This document shows, piece by piece, positions 1 to 13,400 of a DNA stretch of 64,000 nucleotides (positions within the stretch are counted from its first letter, which is position 1; each line of letters opens with the position of its first letter). Under the pieces are notes generated by a model that ran no database searches, was not told the origin of the DNA, and saw only the letters and a list, made by a program, of their open reading frames with translations. Origin of the DNA: Chrysomallon squamiferum (Eukaryota; Animalia; Mollusca); contig CM022673.1 in NCBI GenBank assembly GCA_012295275.1, positions 18,476,001 to 18,540,000 of the forward strand. Direction: 5' to 3'. A program made the translations under genes and the position numbers.

Positions 1-466
1 CGTTTATGTGCGCAGTGTGTGTGTTCGTATGTGTAAGGCTTTAAGTATAGTTAAGAGATAACAAAATAGATATGTAGTGACAAACGAAACATTTAAAGAT
101 GATTATGCATATATGCAAACATACATATATACATACATACATATATACTGACATAGATACATGAATGTATGCATGCACACTTGTATGCATTAATATATTC
201 ACACGTACATACGTATAAAAATATATATACATACATTATAGCGGATGTGTATATATACAATAGTACGTACAAACAGACATATACTAACTCAACACACATA
301 CATACCCAATAACACACATTAAAAGACACATACAAATACTAAGATACTAACATATACTAACACACTCACGATAAATATATACACACACACAAGCACATAT
401 ACACACACTAATACACATATATACACATACAACAGTCATAGAGACAGTCACACTGACATAGCGCAC

Positions 467-592
467 CTGTCTGACACGTATTTCCGGTGTATTCTGGTGG
501 ACACTGACACGTGAATGTCTGTCCGTCCTTGCTGTTGCTGCACGTGCCAGAGTTCAGGCACGGATGACTGTCACACGGTTTGGTTGGAACCG
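467..592 (-). CDS. Canonical EGF exon (AVPTKPCDSHPCLNSGTCSNSKDGQTFTCQCPPEYTGNTCQT)
   Basis: 126 nt, AAG| acceptor, |GTGCGC donor; the gene continues beyond the window. Confidence 0.85.
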
Positions 593-1081
593 CTTAACAA
601 AAAGTCACGAATAAAGATTTCAGTGAATGCAGTGTTTTCTTTGACAATTTATTCTTGTGAAATTTATATTCTAAATTATTTTTATTCAGTTTGCAGAGAT
701 GAGAAATTATTAAATGAATTTATATCATAAATATTTGAAAAATTAGATATCAGATTTATAATTGTTATATATTTATTATATTTTATTCACTTTTTAAACT
801 TTGTTTACTAATTATTTTTTCTGTCTTTGCTTTTCATTTTACATCTACAATTGTCCATACAAAATACACATATAATTCAAACGAATCCTTCGTGAAATAA
901 ATATACGACGACGACGCTGATGATGATGATAATATATACCTGTATCACATGTATTTCCAGTGTAACGTGGTGGACACAGACATTTGTAGCCTGGTGATGT
1001 TCTTGTTCTTGAACATTTGCCTCCGTTTTGACATGGCTTCTTTTCACACGGGTTCCCGTCTGCAAGGATAAAATTAAAAAT

Positions 1082-1161
<80 letters not shown>

Positions 1162-1385
1162 ATGGATGTGCGTATATATCTATATGAATGTATATATATC
1201 TACATATGTTTGTATATGTTTATATCCATCTCTATATCTTTTGTCTCGACATTTTTAATTATCAGTTAATATAACGAAAACATATACACCCACATGAACG
1301 CCAGATTGTACAGACACACATGCATACCTATATATGTGCATTCGTACATGTATACATACATATATGTATATGTATGCGCACACAT

Positions 1386-1472
<87 letters not shown>

Positions 1473-4400
1473 CTTACAAATATAGTTTTATATGTAAGAA
1501 CATACTTACATACGTACATAAATAAATCAATAGTTTAGAGAAAATGAATAATAATATATATATAATTTTTATATGTAAGGTATGTAAGTACGTAAATTTC
1601 ATTTCAGTTTGTTAATTAAATCAGCAATATAAGTGCAGAAAATGTAAATTATAAATTACCTATATCACAGAATTCTCCTGTGAACTTGTCTTTGCAAATA
1701 CATTTTCCTGTTTCTGAATTACAGTTACCATGGGAACCGCAATTAACTGCTGCACACAAATTAACTGTCAGCTTTGGAGCTGAAAGGTCAAAGATCAATA
1801 TAACAGTTAATTATTGTATTGTATTGTATTTTTATTTATTTTATTTCATTTTATTTTATTTTATTTTATTATATTATATTTTTATATTATTTTGTTTTTT
1901 GTTTTATTATATTCGTTTTATTGTTGTTATTGCTCATTTTGTTGCTATTCAACTTCAGTATGTTATTTCAATTTACTTTGTTGTTAAAAAGTCCGTTCAA
2001 TTGTAATGATTAAAGCTAAGAAATTAAAATAGTTTTAAACAAATTCAAATGAAATAAACGAAAAGGGAGCGCTACAAAAACACAATTTGAAATATATTTT
2101 AATATTTTAATACTGCAGACTTAATTTATTTACAAAACTCACCATTTTGACAGAACATGCCAGTGTAGTTGCTATGACAACTGCAGGTGCCAGTGGAATC
2201 GTCACAGGTTCCAAACTTACCACATTTGTCTTTGGGACATTTCTCTATTTCCTTAGGAGCTGTGATAATTCAAGATTTACCACAAATTAAATATCTACAT
2301 TTTATATTTGTGACAGAAAAAAGGGCATATACATACATACATATATATATGTATATATATACACACATATACACATATATTGAATTTATACTTGTTGTTA
2401 TCTTTGTCACTTGTAACGTAATCAAAAATATTTAAACATTTTTAAAAATTATTTTAGTACAATATGTATAATTAAGTCTGAATGTAACTTTCCAAACACC
2501 TTAAGCACATAAACTTTAAAATCAAATTAACTTACATCTAGTTAAATGTTTACCTGTGTCGCATAATTCTCCAGAATATCTATGTTTACAAACACACTTT
2601 CCAGTTTCAGCATTGCAGTCACCATGGGAACCGCAGAAAATCCCATCACAAGGACCTTTTGCCTCTGAAATTAATGAAACTGAATCATTACTTTTGTTAT
2701 TTTATTTTATTGTATTTTGATTAAACATTTATTTTTATTTTCGACCTTTTTTATTATTTATTTTTATTATTTTTTGTTTGTGTATTTATTTATTTATTAT
2801 TTTAGTTATTTTACGATATAATTAAAGTAATAAACTGATTATAGTGAACTAAAAACAGAGTCTAGCTGCTAAAAGTTTATCTTGTTATCGAAATTGAAAG
2901 GTAATGCATCCCTATCATATTTCTTTTATCATAATAATTTACAACAGCAGAAAATAAAAAAAAAGTTAAATAAAACAAAATAAAATAAAATCGAATATTG
3001 TAACTCATTTTTTTTATTACTTTAAATCCTTAAGAAAAATAAAACCGAAATGATTGAAGAGCATTATGATGTTAACACAATACCTGGGACTTCTGTCAGA
3101 TAGTTTGTTACTTACCTTTATCACACAGATCTCCAGTGTATTTGTCTTTACAAACACATTTTCCAGTCTCTGAGTTACAGACACCATGGAAACCACAACT
3201 GACTCCAGTACATCGATCTGGTTTATGGTCTGTAGCTGAATTAAATTAAATATTTGATGGTGTATTATTATTATTTACTAGTAACATTTATTAACAATAA
3301 ACTAATTATAATAGAAAACTATTATTCAGTTTAATTCATAACACAACCTCAACGAAGAGCAGTTAGTCAGACAGATTGAGAGACAAATTCTTTCAAAACA
3401 TAAACATATAATGAGTACACTATGAAACAAACCATGAAAACAAATAATTCATAAAAATAATATATAAGCACTTCATTTTTCAAAATAAAATTAAATCGTT
3501 TTATTACATATATATATTACTTACAAACAGAGGAATTTCTTTTCATTTGATTGGAAAATTTATCCACCATTTCGGTTCGTCCGGAGTAATGATTTTCAAG
3601 TTCCTTCACTGCGTCTTTGTTGGAAATATTCTGCTGTTTCAAACATTGGCTGGCAGACTCCAACTCAGCAGAAAACGTTTTTTTGAAACTTTTAGACAGC
3701 TCGGCAGCTTGCTCCTGTACAGCCTTCATCACATCTTCGTCAGCCATCTTGTCAAAATGATACTCATCACAGTCAGGCTCCTTCTTCATTTCGCCTGATT
3801 GGCCTTCCTCTGGGAAAATCTTATCCACGTCAGGCACACTCAGTTCAAGGGACATGTTTAACCTTTTGGCGGCACATATCACTTTGGTAACGTTCTTGTT
3901 TTGTAACTTGGAGGATAACATTGAATTGAACTTGGAGAAGCAATTTTTCATTTTTGTTCGGTCACTGTTAGAGATGGTTTTGGTGCTTGCTTTTGTCAGA
4001 TCTGTAGGGAGAAATACAATGAGATATTTTGATATGTGTGAAATAACCAACAGCAGTGTGCCTTTCTTTTCATTATTTTTTTCTTTCTCGTTCTTTAGTA
4101 ATTTTTTTTACAACGCTTTTTTAATCTTTTCTTTTTCTTCCTGGAGCTAGAAGTATCGTTTTTATTTATTATTTTAATTTTTCTTTTTTTTTTACTATTT
4201 TATTTTTTTTGTTTTTGACTCATTTTTTTTTTTGTTTTCATTTTCTGTTTATGTGACAGAGAAATACTGAAAATTGATTATCGGTGACATGTTTTCACTA
4301 CTTCGGTGATTCTGTGCTGTAAGTATTATTTAATAGTGTCACTATCACAACAGCTGTCATTTTTTTTTTATTTCCGTTTATCCCTTTCATACGAACATTT

Positions 4401-7400
4401 CACTGAAATCTACCAACCATTTGAGACCAGTCGTTACTGTTTTCACGCTAGGGTTTTTATCATTCTCGCAACATTAATCTTATCATTTTCTTAGGAATGT
4501 TCTTATCAATTTAAGAATACCAGTTTCACACTAATATATTTACCAGTTTCACACTCATATACTTACCTGTTTCACACAAATGTATTTACCAGATTCATTA
4601 GTGTATTTTTAACAGTTTCACACTAAAGTACTTACCAGTTTCACACTAAAGTACTTACCAGTTTCACACGAATCTCCTCCAAAAGAACCAGTACACTGAC
4701 AATGTCCAGATTTTACGTCACACGTCCCATGAGGACCACAACTTCCAGCAGAACATGAAGGTCGATTTTCTCTGTCTTCTGTGAAAACAACAGATGAATA
4801 ATTGTAGTTTCTATTTAACCTCAAGATTAAAATTGTGACATATTCTTAGCAATTTATATATTTGAATGTTTAATGACCTCCTTTGAATTTAAATCTTGAG
4901 TTAATCTACGTTAATTCTTGTTGTGTCATACCAAAAATACATGACTTTCAAAATTAAAAGTTTGATGGTTTTCCATAAACGCGGATTTATTTTTCATGTT
5001 CTATATTTATTTAAAAGTGATATGTTATGTCATGAACCCGCTACTATTCACGACATGAACACGTTACTTTTCCGATATAATATAATGATATCTTTTAAAT
5101 TATTTGTATTACATACTATATGATGAACAAAATCTTCTATCGAGAAAAATCTATAAGACTTACCGTGAGAACTTTTGTTCACGTGATTGGAAAAAGTTTC
5201 CACCATCTGGGTTCGTCCGGAGTAGTGATTTTGAAGTTCCTTCACTGCGTCTTTGTTGGAAATATTCTGCTGTTTCAAACATTGGCTGGCAGACTCCAAC
5301 TCAGCAGAAAACGTTTTTTGAAACTTTTAGACAGCTCGGCAGCTTGCTCCTGTACAGCCTTCATCACATCTTCGTCAGCCATCTTGTCAAAATGATACTC
5401 ATCACAGTCAGGCTCCTTCTTCATTTCGCCTGATTGGCCTTCCTCTGGGAAAATCTTATCCACGTCAGGCACACTCAGTTCAAGGGACATGTTTAACCTT
5501 TTGGCGGCACATATCACTTTGGTAACGTTCTTGTTTTGTAACTTGGAGGATAACATTGAATTGAACTTGGAGAAGCAATTTTTCATTTTGTTCGGTCACT
5601 GTTAGAGATGGTTTTGGTGCTTGCTTTTTTGTCAGATCTGTAGGGAGAAATACAATGAGATATTTTGATATGTGTGAAATATCCAACAGCAGTGTGCTTT
5701 TCTTTTGTTTCTTTTTCTTTTTATTCTTTACTAATTTTCTTTTACAAGACTTTTTAATCTTTTCATTCTGCTCCTGGAAATAGATGTATCGTTTATTGAT
5801 TACTTAATTTTATTTTTATATTTTATCTTTCATTTTTTTTATTATTATTATTTTTTTTTTTTTTTTTTTTTTTTTTTATTTATTTTATATTTATTTATTT
5901 ATTATTACCTTTTCATTTTTTAATTATTATTATTTTTTTTTTTTTCCTCCTGGAGCTCGATTTATTTATTACCTGATTTTAATTTATTTTACTTTATTTT
6001 ATTTTATTTTATTTTAATTTTTACTGATATATATTTTTAAATTCCTTGTTTAGTGATAGAGGAATAATGAACACTGTCGACCGGTGACGTTTTTTTCTTC
6101 TATTTTTGTGTTTATATAATATAACTAGTACTTAAAACGGTGATAACTAAAGATACCAGTTTTCCACAATTCCATGTGTCCGTTTCATACGAATTTCCAT
6201 AAACATTTCACTCAAATCTACGTAACTTACATCTAAAACCAGTCTCTATGATTTTTACACCAGTGTCATATTAATTTGACACTAATGTAACTATCAGTTT
6301 CAAACTAATGTACTTACCAGTTTCACACGAATCTCCTCCAAAAGAACCAGTACACTGACAATGTCCAGATTTTACGTCACACGTCCCATGAGGACCACAA
6401 CTTCCAGCAGAACATGAAGGTCGATTTTCTCTGTCTTCTGTGAAAACAACAGATGAATAATTGTAGTTTCTATTTAACCTCAAGATTAAAATTGTGACAT
6501 ATTCTTAGCAATTTATATATTTGAATGTTTAATGACCTCCTTTGAATTTAAATCTTGAGTTAATCTACGTTAATTCTTGTTGTGTCATACCAAAAATACA
6601 TGACTTTCAAAATTAAAAGTTTGATGGTTTTCCATAAACGCGGATTTATTTTTCATGTTCTATATTTATTTAAAAAGTGATATGTTATGTCATGAACCCG
6701 CTACTATTCACGACATGAACACGTTACTTTTCCGATATAATATAATGATATCTTTTAAATTATTTGTATTACATACTATATGATGAACAAAATCTTCTAT
6801 CGAGAAAATCTATAAGACTTACCGTGAGAACTTTTGTTCACGTGATTGGAAAAAGTTTCCACCATCTGGGTTCGTCCGGAGTAGTGATTTTGAAGTTCCT
6901 TCACTGCGTCTTTGTTGGAAATATTCTGCTGTTTCAAACATTGGCTGGCAGACTCCAACTCAGCAGAAAACGTTTTTTGAAACTTTTAGACAGCTCGGCA
7001 GCTTGCTCCTGTACAGCCTTCATCACATCTTCGTCAGCCATCTTGTCAAAATGATACTCATCACAGTCAGGCTCCTTCTTCATTTCGCCTGATTGGCCTT
7101 CCTCTGGGAAAATCTTATCCACGTCAGGCACACTCAGTTCAAGGGACATGTTTAACCTTTTGGCGGCACATATCACTTTGGTAACGTTCTTGTTTTGTAA
7201 CTTGGAGGATAACATTGAATTGAACTTGGAGAAGCAATTTTTCATTTTTGTTCGGTCACTGTTAGAGATGGTTTTGGTGCTTGCTTTTGTCAGATCTGTA
7301 GGGAGAAATACAATGAGATATTTTGATATGTGTGAAATAACCAACAGCAGTGTGCCTTTCTTTTCATTATTTTTCTTCTCGTTCTTTAGTAATTTTTTCT

Positions 7401-10400
7401 TACAACGCTTCGTAAGCTTTTTTTTTTTCTTCCTGGAGCTAGAAGTATCTTTTATTTATTATTTTAATTTTATTTTTTTACTATTTTATTTTATTTGTTT
7501 TTGACTCATTCAATTTTTGTTTTCATTTTCTGTTTATGTGACAGAGAAATACTGAAAATTGATTATCGGTGACATGTTTTCACTACTTCGGTGATTCTGT
7601 GCTGTAAGTATTATTTAATAGTGTCACTATCACAACAGCTGTCAGTTTTACACACTTCCGTTTATCCCTTTCATACGAACATTTCACTGAAATCTACCAA
7701 CCATTTGAGACCAGTCGTTACTGTTTTCACGCTAGGTTTTTATCATTCTCGCAACATTAATCTTATCATTTTCTTAGGAATGTTCTTATCAATTTAAGAA
7801 TACCAGTTTCACACTAATATATTTACCAGTTTCACACTCATATACTTACCTGTTTCACACAAATGTATTTACCAGATTCATTAGTGTACTTAACAGTTTC
7901 ACACTAAAGTACTTACCAGTTTCACACTAAAGTACTTACCAGTTTCACACGAATCTCCTCCAAAAGAACCAGTACACTGACAATGTCCAGATTTTACGTC
8001 ACACGTCCCATGAGGACCACAACTTCCAGCAGAACATGAAGGTCGATTTTCTCTGTCTTCTGTGAAAACAACAGATGAATAATTGTAGTTTCTATTTAAC
8101 CTCAAGATTAAAATTGTGACATATTCTTAGCAATTTATATATTTGAATGTTTAATGACCTCCTTTGAATTTAAATCTTGAGTTAATCTACGTTAATTCTT
8201 GTTGTGTCATACCAAAAATACATGACTTTCAAAATTAAAAGTTTGATGGTTTTCCATAAACGCGGATTTATTTTTCATGTTCTATATTTATTTAAAAGTG
8301 ATATGTTATGTCATGAACCCGCTACTATTCACGACATGAACACGTTACTTTTCCGATATAATATAATGATATCTTTTAAATTATTTGTATTACATACTAT
8401 ATGATGAACAAAATCTTCTATCGAGAAAATCTATAAGACTTACCGTGAGAACTTTTGTTCACGTGATTGGAAAAAGTTTCCACCATCTGGGTTCGTCCGG
8501 AGTAGTGATTTTGAAGTTCCTTCACTGCGTCTTTGTTGGAAATATTCTGCTGTTTCAAACATTGGCTGGCAGACTCCAACTCAGCAGAAAACGTTTTTTG
8601 AAACTTTTAGACAGCTCGGCAGCTTGCTCCTGTACAGCCTTCATCACATCTTCGTCAGCCATCTTGTCAAAATGATACTCATCACAGTCAGGCTCCTTCT
8701 TCATTTCGCCTGATTGGCCTTCCTCTGGGAAAATCTTATCCACGTCAGGCACACTCAGTTCAAGGGACATGTTTAACCTTTTGGCGGCACATATCACTTT
8801 GGTAACGTTCTTGTTTTGTAACTTGGAGGATAACATTGAATTGAACTTGGAGAAGCAATTTTTCATTTTTGTTCGGTCACTGTTAGAGATGGTTTTGGTG
8901 CTTGCTTTTTGTCAGATCTGTAGGGAGAAATACAATGAGATATTTTGATATGTGTGAAATAACCAACAGCAGTGTGCCTTTCTTTTCATTATTTTTCTTC
9001 TCGTTCTTTAGTAATTTTTTCTTACAACGCTTCGTAAGCTTTCTTTTTTTCTTCCTGGAGCTAGAAGTATCTTTTATTTATTATTTTAATTTTATTTTTT
9101 TACTATTTTATTTTATTTGTTTTTGACTCATTCAATTTTTGTTTTCATTTTCTGTTTATGTGACAGAGAAATACTGAAAATTGATTATCGGTGACATGTT
9201 TTCACTACTTCGGTGATTCTGTGCTGTAAGTATTATTTAATAGTGTCACTATCACAACAGCTGTCAGTTTTACACACTTCCGTTTATCCCTTTCATACGA
9301 ACATTTCACTGAAATCTACCAACCATTTGAGACCAGTCGTTACTGTTTTCACGCTAGGGTTTTTATCATTCTCGCAACATTAATCTTATCATTTTCTTAG
9401 GAATGTTCTTATCAATTTAAGAATACCAGTTTCACACTAATATATTTACCAGTTTCACACTCATATACTTACCTGTTTCACACAAATGTATTTACCAGAT
9501 TCATTAGTGTACTTAACAGTTTCACACTAAAGTACTTACCAGTTTCACACTAAAGTACTTACCAGTTTCACACGAATCTCCTCCAAAAGAACCAGTACAC
9601 TGACAATGTCCAGATTTTACGTCACACGTCCCATGAGGACCACAACTTCCAGCAGAACATGAAGGTCGATTTTCTCTGTCTTCTGTGAAAACAACAGATG
9701 AATAATTGTAGTTTCTATTTAACCTCAAGATTAAAATTGTGACATATTCTTAGCAATTTATATATTTGAATGTTTAATGACCTCCTTTGAATTTAAATCT
9801 TGAGTTAATCTACGTTAATTCTTGTTGTGTCATACCAAAAATACATGACTTTCAAAATTAAAAGTTTGATGGTTTTCCATAAACGCGGATTTATTTTTCA
9901 TGTTCTATATTTATTTAAAAGTGATATGTTATGTCATGAACCCGCTACTATTCACGACATGAACACGTTACTTTTCCGATATAATATAATGATATCTTTT
10001 AAATTATTTGTATTACATACTATATGATGAACAAAATCTTCTATCGAGAAAATCTATAAGACTTACCGTGAGAACTTTTGTTCACGTGATTGGAAAAAGT
10101 TTCCACCATCTGGGTTCGTCCGGAGTAGTGATTTTGAAGTTCCTTCACTGCGTCTTTGTTGGAAATATTCTGCTGTTTCAAACATTGGCTGGCAGACTCC
10201 AACTCAGCAGAAAACGTTTTTTGAAACTTTTAGACAGCTCGGCAGCTTGCTCCTGTACAGCCTTCATCACATCTTCGTCAGCCATCTTGTCAAAATGATA
10301 CTCATCACAGTCAGGCTCCTTCTTCATTTCGCCTGATTGGCCTTCCTCTGGGAAAATCTTATCCACGTCAGGCACACTCAGTTCAAGGGACATGTTTAAC

Positions 10401-13400
10401 CTTTTGGCGGCACATATCACTTTGGTAACGTTCTTGTTTTGTAACTTGGAGGATAACATTGAATTGAACTTGGAGAAGCAATTTTTCATTTTTGTTCGGT
10501 CACTGTTAGAGATGGTTTTGGTGCTTGCTTTTGTCAGATCTGTAGGGAGAAATACAATGTGATATTTTAATATGTGTGAAATATCCAACAGCAGTGTGCT
10601 TTTCTTTTGTTTCTTTTTCTTTTCATTCTTTACTAATTTTCTTTTACAAGACTTTTTAATCTTTTCATTCTGCTCCTGGAAATAGATGTATCGTTTATTG
10701 ATTACTTAATTTTATTTTTATATTTTATCTTTCATTTTTTTTATTATTATTATTATTTTTTTTTTATTTTTTATTTTTTTTTTTTTTTACATATTTATTT
10801 TATATTTATTTATTTATTATTGCCTTTTCATTTTTTTAATTATTATTATCATTTTTTTTTTCCTCCTGGAGCTCGATTTATTTATTACCTGATTTTAATT
10901 TATTTTACTTTATTTTATTTTTTATTTTATTTTAATTTTTACTGATATATATTTTTAAATTCCTTGTTTAGTGATAGAGGAATAATGAACACTGTCGACC
11001 GGTGACGTTTTTTTCTTCTATTTTTGTGTTTATATAATATAACTAGTACTTAAAACGGTGATAACTAAAGATACCAGTTTTCCACAATTCCATGTGTCCG
11101 TTTCATACGAATTTCCATAAACATTTCACTCAAATCTACGTAACTTACATCTAAAACCATTCTCTATGATTTTTACACCAGTGTCATATTAATTTGACAC
11201 TAATGTAACTATCAGTTTCAAACTAATGTACTTACCAGTTTCACACGAATCTCCTCCAAAAGAACCAGTACACTGACAATGTCCAGATTTTACGTCACAC
11301 GTCCCATGAGGACCACAACTTCCAGCAGAACATGAAGGTCGATTTTCTCTGTCTTCTGTGAAAACAACAGATGAATAATTGTAGTTTCTATTTAACCTCA
11401 AGCATAAAATTGTGACATATACTTAGGAATTTATATATCTGAATGTGGAGTGACCTCCTTCGAATTTAAATCTCGAGTTAATCTACATTAATTCTTGTTG
11501 TGTCATACTTAAAAAACATGAGTTTCTAACGTTGAAAGTTTGGTGGTTTTATTAAACACGGATTTATTTTTCATCTTCTATGTGTATTAGAAAAATAGTA
11601 TGTTATGACTCTAGGCACGACGTGAACCTGTCACTTTTCCGATATAATATAATGATAACTTTTAAATTATTTCTGTTTCATAATATATAGTGAACAAAAG
11701 TTTCTATCGAGAAAACCTTTAACAGTTACCGTGAGAACTTTTGTTCACGTGACTGGAAAACTTGTCCACCATTTCGGTTCGTCCGGAGTAGTGATTTTGA
11801 AGTTCCTTCACTGCGTCTTTGTTGGAAATATTCTGCTGTTTCAAACATTGGCTGGCAGACTCCAACTCAGCAGAAAACGTTTTTTTGAAACTTTTAGACA
11901 GCTCGGCAGCTTGCTCCTGTACAGCCTTCATCACATCTTCGTCAGCCATCTTGTCAAAATGATACTCATCACAGTCAGGCTCCTTCTTCATTTCGCCTGA
12001 TTGGCCTTCCTCTGGGAAAATCTTATCCACGTCAGGCACACTCAGTTCAAGGGACATGTTTAACCTTTTGGCGGCACATATCACTTTGGTAACGTTCTTG
12101 TTTTGTAACTTGGAGGATAACATTGAATTGAACTTGGAGAAGCAATTTTTCATTTTTGTTCGGTCACTGTTAGAGATGGTTTTGGTGCTTGCTTTTGTCA
12201 GATCTGTAGGGAGAAATACAATGAGATATTTTGATATGTGTGAAATAACCAACAGCAGTGTGCCTTTCTTTTCATTATTTTTCTTCTCGTTCTTTAGTAA
12301 TTTTTTCTTACAACGCTTCGTAAGCTTTTCTTTTTCTTCCTGGAGCTAGAAGTATCTTTTATTTATTATTTTAATTTTATTTTTTTACTATTTTATTTTA
12401 TTTGTTTTTGACTCATTCAATTTTTGTTTTCATTTTCTGTTTATGTGACAGAGAAATACTGAAAATTGATTATCGGTGACATGTTTTCACTACTTCGGTG
12501 ATTCTGTGCTGTAAGTATTATTTAATAGTGTCACTATCACAACAGCTGTCAGTTTTACACACTTCCGTTTATCCCTTTCATACGAACATTTCACTGAAAT
12601 CTACCAACCATTTGAGACCAGTCGTTACTGTTTTCACGCTAGGGTTTTTATCATTCTCGCAACATTAATCTTATCATTTTCTTAGGAATGTTCTTATCAA
12701 TTTAAGAATACCAGTTTCACACTAATATATTTACCAGTTTCACACTCATATACTTACCTGTTTCACACAAATGTATTTACCAGATTCATTAGTGTACTTA
12801 ACAGTTTCACACTAAAGTACTTACCAGTTTCACACTAAAGTACTTACCAGTTTCACACGAATCTCCTCCAAAAGAACCAGTACACTGACAATGTCCAGAT
12901 TTTACGTCACACGTCCCATGAGGACCACAACTTCCAGCAGAACATGAAGGTCGATTTTCTCTGTCTTCTGTGAAAACAACAGATGAATAATTGTAGTTTC
13001 TATTTAACCTCAAGATTAAAATTGTGACATATTCTTAGCAATTTATATATTTGAATGTTTAATGACCTCCTTTGAATTTAAATCTTGAGTTAATCTACGT
13101 TAATTCTTGTTGTGTCATACCAAAAATACATGACTTTCAAAATTAAAAGTTTGATGGTTTTCCATAAACGCGGATTTATTTTTCATGTTCTATATTTATT
13201 TAAAAGTGATATGTTATGTCATGAACCCGCTACTATTCACGACATGAACACGTTACTTTTCCGATATAATATAATGATATCTTTTAAATTATTTGTATTA
13301 CATACTATATGATGAACAAAATCTTCTATCGAGAAAATCTATAAGACTTACCGTGAGAACTTTTGTTCACGTGATTGGAAAAAGTTTCCACCATCTGGGT

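Noticed and set aside
41-1538. Low-complexity ORFs (SLSL, RERE, YMYV); also at 27-28 kb, 31 kb, 47 kb and 59 kb
   Set aside because: Translations of microsatellites.
4518-4669. CRISPR-like short direct repeats
   Set aside because: The repeats are head-to-tail with no unique spacers, lie in a eukaryotic intron, and no cas genes are present.
4760-4778. RENR as a furin site making the protein a polyprotein
   Set aside because: Only a minimal RxxR, followed by Pro at P1', and it is KENR in E0; weak support.
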